Source of the DNA: the human T2T-CHM13v2.0 reference genome, Homo sapiens
Reading direction: 5' to 3' (one strand)
Assembly (NCBI RefSeq): GCF_009914755.1
Contig: NC_060930.1
DNA: 64,000 nt
The notes under the pieces are model-generated. The model was not told the DNA's origin. It made no database searches and saw only the letters and a list, made by a program, of their open reading frames with translations. Below are positions 15,243 through 36,725 of the stretch, in pieces (the stretch's first letter is position 1; each line of letters starts with the position of its first letter). Made by a program: the position numbers and the translations under genes.

Positions 15243-15745
15243 GTTTGGTTTTTTGTTCTTGCAATAGTTTACTGAGAATGATGTTTTCCAATTTCATCCA
15301 TGTCCCTACAAAGGACATGAACGCATCATTTTTTATGGCTGCATAGTATTCCATGGTGTATATGTGCCACATTTTCTTAATCCAGTCTATCATTGTTGGA
15401 CATTTGGGTCGGTTCCAAGTCTTTGCTATTGTGAATAATGCCACAATAAACATATGTGTGCATGTTCTCACTCATAGGTGGGAATTGAACAATGAGATCA
15501 CATGGACACAGGAAGGGGAATATTACACTCTGGGGACTGTTGTGGGGTGGGGGGAGGGGGGAGGGATAGCATTGGGAGATATACCTAATGCTAGATGACG
15601 AGTTAGTGGGTGCAGTGCACCAGCATGGCACATGTATACATATGTAACTAACCTGCACAATGTGCACATGTACCCTAAAACTTAAAGTATAATTAAAAAA
15701 AAAAAAAAGAGAAGAAATGTATAATACACCTAAAAAAAAAAAAAA
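15243..15745 (+). mobile_element. Young L1 (L1PA2-like) 3' fragment with 5' inversion
   Basis: 15243-15460 antisense L1, 15461-15708 sense L1 3' end with poly(A); TSD aagaaatgactcct at 15229-15242 and 15746-15759; GAG (not ACA/ACG) at the Ta diagnostic position. Confidence 0.92.
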
Positions 15746-15989
15746 AAGAAATGACTCCTTTCTGCTTTGATATCTGTGCGACCTTTGCCATTTATTGATT
15801 CTCTTCCTCTACATGAACCACCTCGGATTTTCCTTTCCCTGAGCTTTCAGTAAAGTTTGAAAGCCAGAAATATTGGCCACTTGGCACAGCTAAAGTCAGG
15901 TAATAAGGTGTTAAAAGGATTTTCTTAAAGAGCATTCAGCTTAATTGAAAGTGGATATCCAAATTATAGGTATATTTAAAAGATCTTAA

Positions 15990-16308
<319 letters not shown>

Positions 16309-16727
16309 TGGAAAAAGTTTTGTTCTCAGTGAATGGAATTCTTTTTCTCCGTTTTGCCTTGCCACTTTCAATGCATGCATGAGAAGGGAGAGACCTCTGT
16401 TTTCCTAATGGAATTAAAAGTGGATAGATTCCTCTCAAAATCTGTTTTTGCCCCCAGTTATGCCTGTTTATTAGGCCTTAGAGGCTATGTGTTTTCCTGG
16501 CCCTGTCTCTTAAAGGGCTCCACCAGGAGGCCAGTAATCCAAGTAGGAGACTGGCAAGCAAAAGATCTTATGGCAACTGGGTTTTCTTATGCCTGTCTGT
16601 GTAGTTTTATGTATGTGTTGTGTTTGTGATGTCTATAAAAATAGCTTTAATTGGCCTAAAGGAAAATGAGTGCTTGCATCAAATATTTTTCAAAGGGAAG
16701 ATAAAAGCTGTGATACTTTTTAATTCA

Positions 16728-17075
<348 letters not shown>

Positions 17076-18450
17076 GATTATTGGTAAAATCCCAGATATC
17101 ATCAAAATGTAAGTAAGTGAACTAAATTATGCTGGTCTGATACTAGTTTGCTAAATGTTTTAAAGTTATACTGCTTTTTGGGTTGTGAGAACTCTTTGAA
17201 TTGCCTGTTCCACAATTGGTAAGGCCCAGGGACATATAAAATTGACTATGCCCTTAAGTATGCTGGAAGGAATCAAACCTTGGCTGCACCTACTGCATAA
17301 TTAAAGCTACTTGCTAGGTTTTATATTAAAGTTAAAAATTGCTGGGAGTTACCATTATAACATTATAACATTAAAACATAAACTACTAGAAATAGATTTA
17401 CATGTTTGGTGTGTAAGAACAGTAACTTTTTTTAGTAAAAGATTATAAAAAGGCATGGAAGTGTAAATTCTTGCCTAGGGTTAAAGAATTGTTTTAAATT
17501 AGATAAGATAAAGCTAAAGTTCAAACAAGTGGTGGAAGGATTGTAAAAATTAATCTTGCAAAAATTGCATGGGTGAATATATTGACTAAATTCAAAAGGG
17601 TGTTACATGGTTTTTCTGTAAATTGAGCATTGAAATAAAAGCACAACAAGATACTCTTAAGGCACTAATCTGCTCTTTAGCAAAATTTATGAAGAGTTAC
17701 AAAAGGTTTTTACTTTTTTACATTTCTGAGTCATTTTGGCAAAATAAATAACTTATGGTAATCTGGAGTTTCGTTTCATAACATCAAGTATTTTAAACCT
17801 CTTCATATTTAAAAGGCTTCCCAAAATCAAACTTCAGTTTTGAAATTGTCTTTGCTGATGCCTGGCTTTTAGATGCTACAGAGGGCCCCTGGAGTATTTA
17901 AAAGAGAGGTAAACAGGATTATTTGACATGTTTAGCTGCATGGGATTGCCAAAATGGTGTTCAATCTTCTTTAGGTTATATTTTGGTGGATAATACTAAT
18001 ATATGTTCCAAAATTGTATGACATTTCTAAAGTTCTAATGTCTAAAGTATATGCTATCAATCATAATTAAGGTACTTATGTTAAGTTATTGTAAAACACA
18101 GAGATAATGAAACTTCTATGGACATTTTGTTATTCACAGACAATTGTCTTGTTTCAATCCTTTTCAAAAGATGGTTTATAATAAGCTATAGTACTCTGAC
18201 AGGTGCTCTCCAATACAGGTTTCTGATAACTTTGGAAATGTGACATTGGAATAAAGGAAAAATGCACAGGACTCATGAAGAGCCAAAATGTTCACTGATA
18301 CCAAGCAACACAAGAGTTAACTAAATGGACTGAACTCATAGAAAACTGAATCAATCTTTTTGACTTTTGCATGGAATATTGCTGATCCTTGTTTTGTTTT
18401 TCAGAGTCCAGGAAATTTATTTTGAACTATTTACAGCCTTTAATAATTGA

Positions 18451-18833
<383 letters not shown>

Positions 18834-19943
18834 GTTATGAGTATTCTTAACTCATGGCAATATAGTTGTTTACATCAGTGCAATAAGAATCTATTTTCTT
18901 TTGCAACAGGATGCAATTGGAGAAACTGGTTGTTTTAACAAGGCTTTGACTGGAAGGGTATATGCTTTCCTTTAAGGAGTCAAGTTCAACTTGCAGAGCT
19001 GATAAAAGCCCCTTGGGAAAACTGGCCTCATACCCTTGTCTATGCAGTCCTTTTAGGTTTTCTGACATGTGGTAAGTAAAGAATGTCACTTCCTGACAGG
19101 CCCAGGAGCTCCAAGTTTATCTTGGGACCTTAAGAGGAGAGGATTACCCAACTCACAGGTATTTGAGGGTACAAACCCATGGCTGGGCTCGGCTTTAAAA
19201 GGTCTTATCTGAGATTCCTTGTGGAACAGAGTTCCATCAAAGCCAATCTAAAAGCCCTGTTTCTAAAAGAAATAATTATTCTTGCTGCATTTTATGCAAA
19301 TAATCAGGCCAAGTATAAGACTAAAGTCTATTTTGCAAACTCGATCCCATCATGATTTGTTTTTTTTACAAAACTGAGGATCCTCATGTTTCAAAACTTA
19401 TCATACATTTGCCATTAGATTCTACACTCATTAGCTGTTTTTAAGACTTTGCCTACATTTTAGACTAACCCTTCTTGTTCCTGTGAACCGATCAGCAATC
19501 TCCAGCTGCAGCTCAGAAGGAACAAGAGGGATGGGTAATGTAAAAATCTAGATCAATATTCTAGTTCTGAATAATTATCCTGCAAATCCTTCCAGGTCAT
19601 GGAAATAAATAGGATGTCTATTACTTGCAGGTTTCCTTTTTGGGAAAGTAAGACCAAGGGAGCTAACCAGAGCCGAGCACCATGCACCCAAATCTTAGCA
19701 AGCATAACTATAGCGACAAGTTATCTGGGCATATCACAAGACATCCTTTTCCTTCCCTTGTTGGAGGAGTACTCCATTCCACAGCTATACCCTAGCATTT
19801 GGCAGCTCATGATAAGGAGTCCATGCAACTCCCCCTGAGACACATTTTGTCCCAAACTCAATTCCAAGCTTTGGTTCAAAGCCCTAGAAAGAAAAAATGG
19901 ATCTGAGGGATCCAGAGGCAAATGATAACAGAAGTTAAAGGGC

Positions 19944-20301
<358 letters not shown>

Positions 20302-21214
20302 CTATTTCATGGATAAAGGTCATTCTAGTATCCATGGCATAAATGAGGTCTAGGGAATTCAAAGGCTACTGACAGCAGGGGAGATAGGGCGTAAGTGGGT
20401 AAGAGCAAATACTCCCATTCCCTGCCCCCCCACCCTGTTAACATGGGTGAAAGTCACTTTGACAACCATGGGTGGCACCCTGTTGCAGTTGCCAGGACTC
20501 AGGGATACGGTAACAGAGGAAAGAAAGAGCAATGCCTTGCTTCCTCTCTCTCATGTATCCCAGTTATTTGCTAGGAAGAGATGGGAACCAGGGATGCCTG
20601 CTCCCCTCTTTCTAGATCATTAGGCATTCATCTTCAGTCTGTACCCCTTTCGAATGCATCCTGAACCCCTGGGGCTCCTTTGAAACAGGAGTCTTTTTTC
20701 TTTTTTCCTCCTCTGTCCTCTCTTAGATAGGTAATTGTGTCTTTGTACTACAGGACACTCTCCTCAAATGCATACTCCAATCTTGCCAGAGTTAATTTCC
20801 CAAACCTTAGACTGGTTGGCTTAGTATTGGGCTCGGGGGAAGGGAACCCAGAAGCCTGACATGCTGGCAAAAGTAAACAGCTGGGTTTTTGGCCTCCCTC
20901 TCCCTGTGCAAATTGGTAAAGGGCCTTGGGATTTTTGAGCTGTCCTTACTCCACCCTTGTTTCATTTCGATACATGTTTTCTAATAACTGAATTGTCTCT
21001 TCTCCCTTTCAGGCCATCAGATTCTAAACAGTCATGCATCCGGGGCCTCGGACAATGGCCCTTTTTGCTAGGGACCCTTAGATAGTCCTCTGAGGGAGCT
21101 CTAACTGCTGTTTTCTCCAAACAGCACTCCTTGTCAACAGGAAGCAGTTAAGATCGGTCTTTGTCCTTATCTTTATCCTAACAGCACTTAGATGTACTTC
21201 TTTAGTGGGAGGAA

Positions 21215-21530
21215 TGATAGACATAGGAGGAAGATAAGGGGGAGGGTCCCCAGAGAATCTCTGACCAGCCTGCGCACTGGGGGGGTTGGAGTGGAGCCTT
21301 GTGAAGTTCACGCCATTTGCAGTGGGGAGGAGCCTGGGTTCTTCAGTTCCTATGTGGTGACCTGGGATTCAGTCTGTGAGATGGTGGTGTGTTAACAGGA
21401 ACCCCTCTGGCTTTGCTGAGAGGTTTTTTTCCTTTTTGCCTAGTAAATTCTATTTCTCTTCACTCTTCAAACTGTTTGTGTGCCTAACTTCTCCTGTTCA
21501 TGTGACAGGAACCCATTTTTTTCTACAACA
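21215..21530 (+). mobile_element. 3' LTR
   Basis: tgatagacataggagg...ttctacaaca; aligns with 14087-14392. Confidence 0.9.
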
Positions 21531-21715
21531 TAACCACCACCCAAATCAGGATTTATAACATTTCCAACACTCCATACAACTCCCTTATGATTCCTCCTAG
21601 TCAGCACCTAAATCCCTACCCCACCTCACCCACCCCAAATTAGCCACTATTCTGATCTCTATAAACATAGACTAGTATTCCTGATTTTGAACTTCTTATG
21701 AAGGAAATCATATGT
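21531..21715 (-). mobile_element. Old L1M(E) 3' end interrupted by the provirus (other part at ~14015-14086)
   Basis: accaccacccaaatcaggatttataacatttccaacactcca...ccactattctga...ttttgaactt, typical antisense L1M 3' end. Confidence 0.65.
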
Positions 21716-22039
21716 CACTCACTATTTTTCAATTTGTTGCCATCCTGGCTTTAATTTGTGAGGCTTTTTGATACTTGAAAGAGGTATTTCCCACCCTCTA
21801 TTTTAAGACTTTTCTTATGGGAGAACCTAATAACAGTGTGGAAAATGTTTTTTATCATACAGTTTTATACATTAAAGATGTCATTGATCTTTAGACTTCA
21901 AAGACAGGTTGTGCTTACCTTAAGGATAAGCCAAAATCAGCATAACTTTTATCCTTCACCATTGTAATACAGCTTGGTACTTTTAAAATGACAGCCAAGT
22001 TAATTTGCTGTGATTTTTTTTTTATTAAAACAAACCTGG

Positions 22040-22700
22040 AAATCCCCTGAGAAGTTTGGGCCAATTACAAACTTAGAGGCACAGTACCCACCCTAATTTC
22101 TGAAGCCAACTGGAGGTTTAAAGAGTCCCCCAAACCAGGTCAGTTTTGATAATTTGCTAGAAAGACTCAAAGAACTCACTGAAAGCTGTTATACTCATGG
22201 TTATGGTTTATTAAATGGAGAGGGTACAGATTAAGATCAGCCAAAGAAAGACACACATAGAACGTTGTCCAGGAGAGTTTTAAATATGAAATTTCACTTG
22301 ACTTCTAGCCATGAAATCAGGATATCACTGTTCTGTCATCTACGTGTGACAGTATGCATATAGTATTGCAAATCAGGGAAGTTTACCTGAGTATTGTGAG
22401 TGGTTTTTTGGGGGGAGCTTCATCATATAGGCATAATTGATTGATTGTTGCCCATTTGGTTAATCTTAGAATCCAGGACCATTGATACTGTGACACTGTG
22501 TGACCCAAAGCTCCTCACTTAAGTTATGTTGTTGGTATTTTTGGTTGTCTAGCCCCAAACATAAAACTGTATATGTGTGGCTAGTCCCCACCCTAAATCA
22601 CATTGCTAGATACCTACTTTGACCCAAGTCCCCCAGACAAACAGACAATCCTATAAGGCTAGGCCTTCTCTTTGAGCAAGCCCAAATTCTTTACTTACTA
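22040..22700. mobile_element. MER21C/MER77-like LTR
   Basis: ttgataatttgctagaaagactcaaagaactcactgaaagctgttatactcatggttatggtttatt; related to the element at 623-1405. Confidence 0.6.
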
Positions 22701-25315
22701 CATGCCTTCTGAATCTTCACTTCCCTATGTGGAGAATTTGTTGCTTTTAAACCCTAAAATTAAATTCTTTTTACAAAATTTGTCTCCTGTATGATTAATT
22801 CCATGAATTTTTATTTTGAAAAACTCTGAATGATCGTGAAGCATCTCAACATATTTGACAAGAGAATTAATATCAAAGTAGGAGTACTAACATTTTCTTC
22901 CCCCACCAATTATATAATACATATAAGTATGAGAATTCTACCAAGATTACTAAACTTGAGCATTCCTTTTAAAGTTGGGCAATAGTTACAAAATAAAATT
23001 GAGAGTTTCCCAGTAGACTGTAATGCCAGAACTGTCATGAATGGAAAACAAGGCTAAGTAGCAGCATTTCAGTGATTTTCAGGGTTGGGGTTCGGGCAAG
23101 TATACAACTCTCCCCCAAGAAAGAGTGAAACTCCTAAGGAGCTCTATAAGAAACAGTAAATTCCTCAAAAATTGTATCTAAATTTTGAAGAAAAATTTTT
23201 TTTACATAAATATGTTGAAGAGTCATCACTATGGAACTATTATAGTAAAAGTGAAATTAAAATATTTAAAAGTTAAGGGGCTACTTAGTATTATTCATGT
23301 CAAGTTTCTGTTTAAAATAATTTTCAATAACTATTTTGATAGATTTAGCACCCTTCCAAGTTTAGATATGAGTTGCCAAGTTTTTTTTTCTTCTTGTTAA
23401 GATATTTAACAAGTTCTGTGTTTCTACAGAACTTAAATGGATGAAACAGGCTGGAGACTGAAATGCCACCTTAGCAGCTCAAGCAGGACTGGGGAAATTG
23501 AAGTCAATCAAATCACAGGCCAGGCAGGCAGCTTTTACAGAATTATGGGTCAGGAAGGGCAAGGTTCAAGTCAGGCATGAGATTCGGATTTCATAGGCTC
23601 AAGAGGCTGAAACTAAAATATTTATTTAGCTAGTTCTCTTGGTTAATTTGAAGTTTCATCCATTCATTCAATTGATATATATTGAGCAACTACTATGAGT
23701 TGGCAAAGTAACAAGACAAGAAAACGATGTTGCACCTTTTACAGATGATAGCTGACTTGCTGAACACTTAACTTGCTGTTTGCCAGGCATTGTGCTATGC
23801 TCTTCTTTCTGATAGTTAAGTTTATTAATTATTACCTAGGTTAAACAAATAAGGAAATCGAGTCTCTGACACATTTACCATTTAGCTGAAAGAAAACATC
23901 TCAGAGCCGCTTGGCCTATGCTCTAAAGTGGAAACTTCTTCCTGTCAAAGGCCCTTGCCAGTTGTGGTGGTCACAGTTTCTCAGTGTTAGAAAAAGTATC
24001 CTTATCTTCTCTATCACTTTCAGCTTCTGTGCTGGATACAGGAACCACATCTTTTGGCAAACTATGAAATTTCATAAAGAAGGGCAACCCTCAGGACTGA
24101 TGATGAACCAATTATGGGTTACTTTATTTTCTTCTTTATTAAAAAGGTTTTGTTTTTTCCACCCAGGATATCAGTATTTTCTAGAAAAGGAGATGCTCTG
24201 TTTGGTTACAGCTCTATCACTTGTTGTTTATTTTGCCATTATGCAGAAGAAAGAAAAATAGGGGTAATTTTAGCAAATCAGTATTTAAACTATATATTCA
24301 AGGTTGCATTAAAATAAGGTCTTCCCTAATAATATGATATTGGTTTCACTAATATCTCATTTTAAAATTTAAAATCTTGGTACAATTAATTAATGAACAA
24401 AGTGAAAAATTGTCCTTGCCTGAACATAAAGTCTCAGATTTAAATACTCTGCACAGCCTTGGCTATTTAATCACTAAAGTGAATTTTTACAAATAATTGC
24501 TGACATATATATGCTCTTTGGGAGAATGTCTCCTTTTTTTTTTTAACTTTCACAAAGACACAGCAAGGACTTATAAATACATATATAAGCACAACAAGAT
24601 TAAGTGGCAATTTTATTATGTATGTAGCACTAATTATTGTTTTTTCTTTTATGAAAGCAGAAAGAATGTAATATCCTCTTGCAGTTTGAGACTCTGAAAG
24701 TGGACAACTATATTCTAGGAATAGCAAGTTTGTGTGTTGAGACAACCTTCCACCTGATATGAATAGAGGTTACCAATACCCACAGCTGACATCAGTCTCA
24801 GAATTTTGTCTTTTCCTGTTTAGCTATCTTCTGACCTGATGGAACCAACTCAACTTGCCAGATGTCAGAAGTTTAAAAAATAACATTTTAAAAAGCAATA
24901 TTTACTAAAAGTGTAAATGTTGTTTTTATGTTGAGTAAGCATAGCTTTTGACATATCCAAAATTAAACTTTATTTTTTTTCTCTTACAGTTTCTTTAAAT
25001 TCTACTTGGTGCTGGAGGTGGGTGGAGTTGATTGGTGGGGATTTCCTGTACTTAGATGAAAACTCTGGTGGGATCTACGGCTTTGTTGTTGTTTGCTTTT
25101 AAGTAATACAACATTTCGTAATCGTTGTAGGTCACAAACACTTTTCCAATTAGACTCTTGCAACTAGACTATAGTACTATGTAATAATAAAAATTCAGAA
25201 TTGAATTTAGTATTAATTCTTTTCCTTTTCCCCCAGCATAAGGCTACTTGAGGCTGAGAGCCTGAACTGAGGAAGTAGAGTGGACCTTCTTCTCTCTCCT
25301 TTCTCCATATCATGA

Positions 25316-25728
<413 letters not shown>

Positions 25729-26015
25729 ACAGATATAGGAAATTTCGTGCTTGATTGCAAAGCCCAGAGGTTTCCCTCTCTGGATCTAAAGGCAAGGATT
25801 CCTGGCAAGTTCCAGTAAAGGATTAAAACAAACTTTTTCTTGGGAAACACTTTTGAGGACTCCTTGAAGTTTCTCAACTACACCCTCCCAACTCCTGCAT
25901 TTCTCTGGCTGATGCATCTTTCCTTCCTCCACTTCTGGGAAATCTGCTGTGCACCTACACTTTCTTTATTGAGGGGAATTCCTTACTCCTCCAGCTGGTT
26001 TTATTGGAGAGAACC

Positions 26016-26558
26016 TGTGATGGTTAATTTCACGTGTCGACTTGCCTAAGGCATGCCAAGATAGCTGGTAAAACATTATTTCTGGGTGTGTCTTTGGGGG
26101 TACCTCCAAAAGAGATTAGTATTTTTATTAGTAGACTGAGTAAAGAAGATCCACCCTTGACAATATGGGCAGGCATATCCAGTGTTTAGACCTTCCTGAT
26201 AGAACAAAAAGTCGTAAGCAGAGCAAATTTGCTCTCTTCTGGAGCTGGGACACCAATCCTGTTCTCCTGTTGCACATCAGTGCTCCTGGTTTTTGGGCCT
26301 TGGACTCTGGGACTTACACCAGCACCCCACTCCCACCCCCACTTCTCCCAGTTTTTGGCCTCAGAGTGGGAGTTACACTATCGGCTTCCCTGGTCCTCAG
26401 GCCTTTGGACCCAGACTGAATCACACTACTGGCTTTTCTGGTTCTCCAGCTAGCAAACAGCATATTTTCGGACTTCACAGTATCCATAATCACATGAGCT
26501 AATACCCGTAATAAATCCCCTCATCTATATTTATGTCTATATCACCCATAGCTGTCTG

Positions 26559-26610
<52 letters not shown>

Positions 26611-26655
26611 ATCTACCAATCATCTATCTATATTGACTCTGTTTCTCTGGAGATC
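26016..26655 (+). mobile_element. MLT2 (ERVL) solo LTR
   Basis: tgtgatggttaattt...gctggtaaaacattatttctgggtgtgtct...gtttctctggag. Confidence 0.85.
26558..26610. repeat. (TCTA)n tetranucleotide STR
   Basis: About 13 uninterrupted units inside the MLT2. Confidence 0.95.
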
Positions 26656-27002
26656 TGAGAAACTTCACTAATATAGAACCCAGAATGACCCACACTAGGG
26701 ATTTTATATTCAGAACAACTTGAATCTATACTCCTGGGAAATAATTTTAAAATATAAACAAAATTTAAACCAAAATAGAATGATCTACTCTAACTCTCCT
26801 TTTGGTGGCTTACATTCCTTGCCCTGATAAGCTTTAAGAATGAAGGCCAGTCTTAAAGCAACAGTACCCTCCTGGCTCTACCACCAAGCAGACAGTCATC
26901 CTTTTAGCCTCTAAATTACCTGAGGTGAAGTTAGACCCCAATCTGCCGTCCACTTTAGCTTTTTCTAGTGTCAGTGCAGCACTACTTCTTTGGGTTTTCT
27001 TT

Positions 27003-27147
27003 CTTTTTTTTTTTTTTTAATTAACTTTTTTTTTTTGTAGAGACAGGGACTCATTATATCTGGTCTCCAACTCCTCACCTCAAGCAATCCTCCCATGTCA
27101 GTCTCCCAAAGTGCTGGGATTACAGGCGTGAGCTACCACATCCGGCC
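27003..27147 (-). mobile_element. FLAM/Alu left monomer
   Basis: Monomer with T-tail; TSD ttgggttttct. Confidence 0.85.
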
Positions 27148-27837
27148 TTGGGTTTTCTAACCGCATAAAACGCATTTCAAAGCTTTTCTATAGTCCCCTT
27201 GTGATACCCCTTGCTTCCCTTGAGGTTAGAAGGTAATACTCATGTATGCCTATTCCCTAGAGGGGGTGGGTACTCATAACACTGTAACAGCTCTCCCAAG
27301 AAGTTTCTCCTCTACTTCTCTGACACTTTTTAAAAAATATCTTTGATTTCTGGTTGAAGGCTCAAAGAATCATGTAACAGTTTCTTGGATCCATTTCTTT
27401 AGTAAACCTGTATATGTAGGGAAGAATATATCTCATACTCAGGTGTCTTATCATCTATTGGTGCCTCAATAGAAACTAGGACAAACAGAAAGAAGTCTGT
27501 TCTAAGATCCTTTTAGAAATATAGGCACGAATAAGCAGACACATTATAGAACCTAGGTGAAAGCAGCGTTACTATATATCACACCAGGGTTTAAATATTT
27601 CTTAAATTTATGTCATTTCCCCCGTCTATATTTACCCATATCTTTGTTCAGAAGTTTATAATCTGTAACAAGTACTGTTGAAGTCACTTGTCTCTGATTT
27701 GGGTTTTATCCCAGTTAAATCTGTTCTTCAAAATACCTTTGGATTGGTTGATCTGAAATGCAAATATTATCTTGTCAGTTCTCTGCTTTAAATCTTTCAA
27801 GATTTCTTAATAGCCTTACCTCTTACTTTGAGAAGAG

Positions 27838-27976
27838 GCATGCTTCTCAAACTTTAGAGTGTATAAAATGATTCGGGAATCTTGTTAAAATGCAGATTCT
27901 ATTAGAATAACGTTTGGAGTGTGGCTCCTAACTTTGCATTTAAAAAAAAAAAAAACTCTGAGGTGATACTGATGCC
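27838..27976. mobile_element. MER5-like hAT MITE
   Basis: tgcttctcaaacttt...cttgttaaaatgcagattct...aggtgatactgatgc. Confidence 0.7.
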
Positions 27977-28269
27977 AAAAACATAGAGAAGTTTTGACTC
28001 CTTAGCTGTGCTATATGAAGACCTAGTCTATGTCTCTGATTTCATCTCTTATCCATGGCCACAATTCATGCTTTCTTAGCATTATGTTACCTTTAAAAAT
28101 CATGCTGTTTCATGTCTTGTGATGGTTTCTTTTTTCCTTTTCTTTCTTTTTTTTTTTAATTGATGACTTACATGTAGTAGTAACTGGCTGAGATCTTTTT
28201 TTCCCTTCAAGGTTTCTTCAGCTCAGAAGGCAGTACCTGTATTCACAAGCTGAGCTGACTGTTTTATAT

Positions 28270-28712
28270 TTGTTTCTTTTAGCATCAGTAGCAAATTACA
28301 ACAAACTGGATGACTTAAAAGAACAGAAATGTATTCTCTCCCATCTCTGAAGGCCAGAAGCATGAAATCGAAGTATTAGGAGGGCAATGCTCCCTCTAAT
28401 GGTTTTAAGGGAAAATCTGTTCCTTGCCTCTTCCATCTTCTGCTGCCTCCAGTAGTTCCTTGTCTTGTGGCCAAATCACTGCAATCTCTGCCTCCATGGT
28501 CATGTGGCTGTCTCATATGTCTTAAACCTCTCTGCCTAATATTTATTTTTTGGAAAAGCATATCATTGCATAAGGGCTCACCTAGATAATCCAGAATAAA
28601 TTCCTCCTTGCAAGACCCTTTACTTAATCACATCTTTCACCATATAAAGCAATATTCACAGATATGGGGATAAGGATGTGTCCTTTCTGCAGGCCCCCGT
28701 TCAGCCAACTAC
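28270..28712 (-). mobile_element. MLT1C/D MaLR LTR
   Basis: acaaactggatgacttaaaagaacagaaatgtattctctc...gggaaaatctgttccttgcctcttcc. Confidence 0.8.
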
Positions 28713-29034
28713 ATGCCTCTTTTAGAGTGCATGGCATCAGTAGAATAATAGCTCCTATGTATTGGGGACTTATTATGTGCCAGCCTCTAATAGCCTTTTA
28801 CTTATGTAATAAAAATGTGACTAAACCCTTTGAGCAGCCCTTTCTCTTGCACCCAGTCCACTCTGAGAACAGACTCAGAACTTCTGACATTCTCTGCAAA
28901 AGCAAGTCCAACTTCAAAAGCATTGGTCAGTAATGTAAATGTTGTGGAATTTTCTTGGGGAAACTTGTACACACAAAGCAAACTATAAGTAATCTTCTTT
29001 ATCAGATGTCTCTGTAAATCCCTTTAAAAATATT

Positions 29035-29612
29035 TTGTGGAAGACAGTGTGGCGATTCCTCAAGGATCTAAAACCAGAAATACCATTTGACCCAGCAATC
29101 CTATTACTGGGTATATACCCAAAGGTGTTTAAATCATTCTACCATAAAGACACATGCACACCTATGTTTATTGCGTCACTGTTCACAGTAGCAAAGACTT
29201 GGAACCAACTGACATGTCCATCAGTGATAGACTGGATAAAGAAAATGTGGCACGTATACACCATGGAATACTGTGCAGCCACAAAAAAATGAGTTAATGT
29301 CCTTTGCAGGGATATGGATGAAGCTGGAAATCATTATTCTCAGCAAACTAACACAAAATCAGAAAACCAAACACCACATGTTCTCACTCATAAGTGGGAG
29401 TTGACAATGAGAACACATGGACACAGGGAGGGGAACATCACACACTGGGGCCTATCGGCGGGTAGGGGGTTGGGGGAGGGATAGCATTAGGAGAATTACC
29501 TAATGTAGATGACGGGTTGATGGGTGCAGCACACCAACGTGGCACATGTATACCTATGTAACAAACCTACTCATTTTGCACATGTACCCCAGAACTTAAA
29601 GCATAATAAATT
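29035..29612 (+). mobile_element. L1PA (about PA7) 3' fragment
   Basis: ORF2 C-terminal peptide WKTVWRFLKDL..., 3' UTR and A-rich tail. Confidence 0.9.
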
Positions 29613-29626
29613 AAAATTTTTCTTCA

Positions 29627-29752
29627 GCCAGATGTAGTGGTGTGAGCCTGTAGTCCCAGCTACTCAAAGAACTGAGGAGGGAGGATCAGTTGCAACCAGG
29701 AGTTCAAAGCCAGCGTGGGCAACATAGTGAGGCCCCATTTCTAATTTTAAAA
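29627..29752 (+). mobile_element. FLAM monomer
   Basis: gcctgtagtcccagctact...ggagttcaaagccagc. Confidence 0.75.
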
Positions 29753-29914
29753 ATCTCTTTATTCATCCCTACAGGATCTCAAATCCCATTTTGTATTGAG
29801 GTATTTTGCTACAGTACAACAGTAAAACAAAATTAATAAGACAGTAAGCTTTAGTTCATTATTTTACACTTGCTAGCTCATGTATTTTAAACATCACAAT
29901 TTTAGGAGGTAGCA

Positions 29915-30028
29915 TTTTATAGAGATAGAAATAAACTAAATAACTTATCCAGTGTTACACAAGTAGTAAGTAGTAGTGCTAGATTCAAACCAAGATCTTC
30001 TAGTGCCTAAGTCTATGATTTTAAACAT
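29915..30028. mobile_element. MIR, interrupted by the L1 (resumes at ~36182-36194)
   Basis: taacttatccagtgttacacaagtagtaagtagtagtgctagattcaaaccaag matches the MIR core. Confidence 0.7.
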
Positions 30029-36180
<6,152 letters not shown>

Positions 36181-36681
36181 GCAATGATATACTGTTTTAA
36201 GGTCTTTATTTTGGTTCATTATTTTACTGCTGGAGTTTAATATTTAAGTAAATTATGGTACATGGATGGTATATCTTCTGAACCTGAACCTTTGAATTGC
36301 TAAATATTTTTAGTTGTTTTCAAATGAAATAACTTTCCTGAATTTTATAGACATTGGTTTAAACAAATAAACAAACACCTTTAGTTTCCTTGTGTGACCA
36401 GTCTGATGCTTGCCTCCAGCTAAGACCATTTGTTTAGCTTCCTTTCCCTTCCCTGTTCTGTTCCCCTCACTCCTTTTCTGAGAGTATTCACCAAATAAAT
36501 CACTCCACATAGCTTAGATTATGACTTCTATGGTCTATGATTTCAACCACCTAGGAGAGACTGGCTCGCTTTCCTTAGTTGTAGTTTGAAAAACCTTACA
36601 AAAGACTTTTGGTGGCTGGCTTAGGTGAGACGTCTTTTCCTTCCTGGATTAAGCATCTATGGCAGGCAGTTGAGGGCTTGG

Positions 36682-36683
<2 letters not shown>

Positions 36684-36724
<41 letters not shown>
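36684..36724. repeat. (TATC)n STR
   Basis: About 10 perfect units. Confidence 0.95.

Positions 36725-36725
<1 letters not shown>

Noticed and set aside
23911-24317. Hydrophobic ORFs resembling membrane or signal peptides
   Set aside because: T-rich composition explains the hydrophobicity; no coherent exon chain or known homology found
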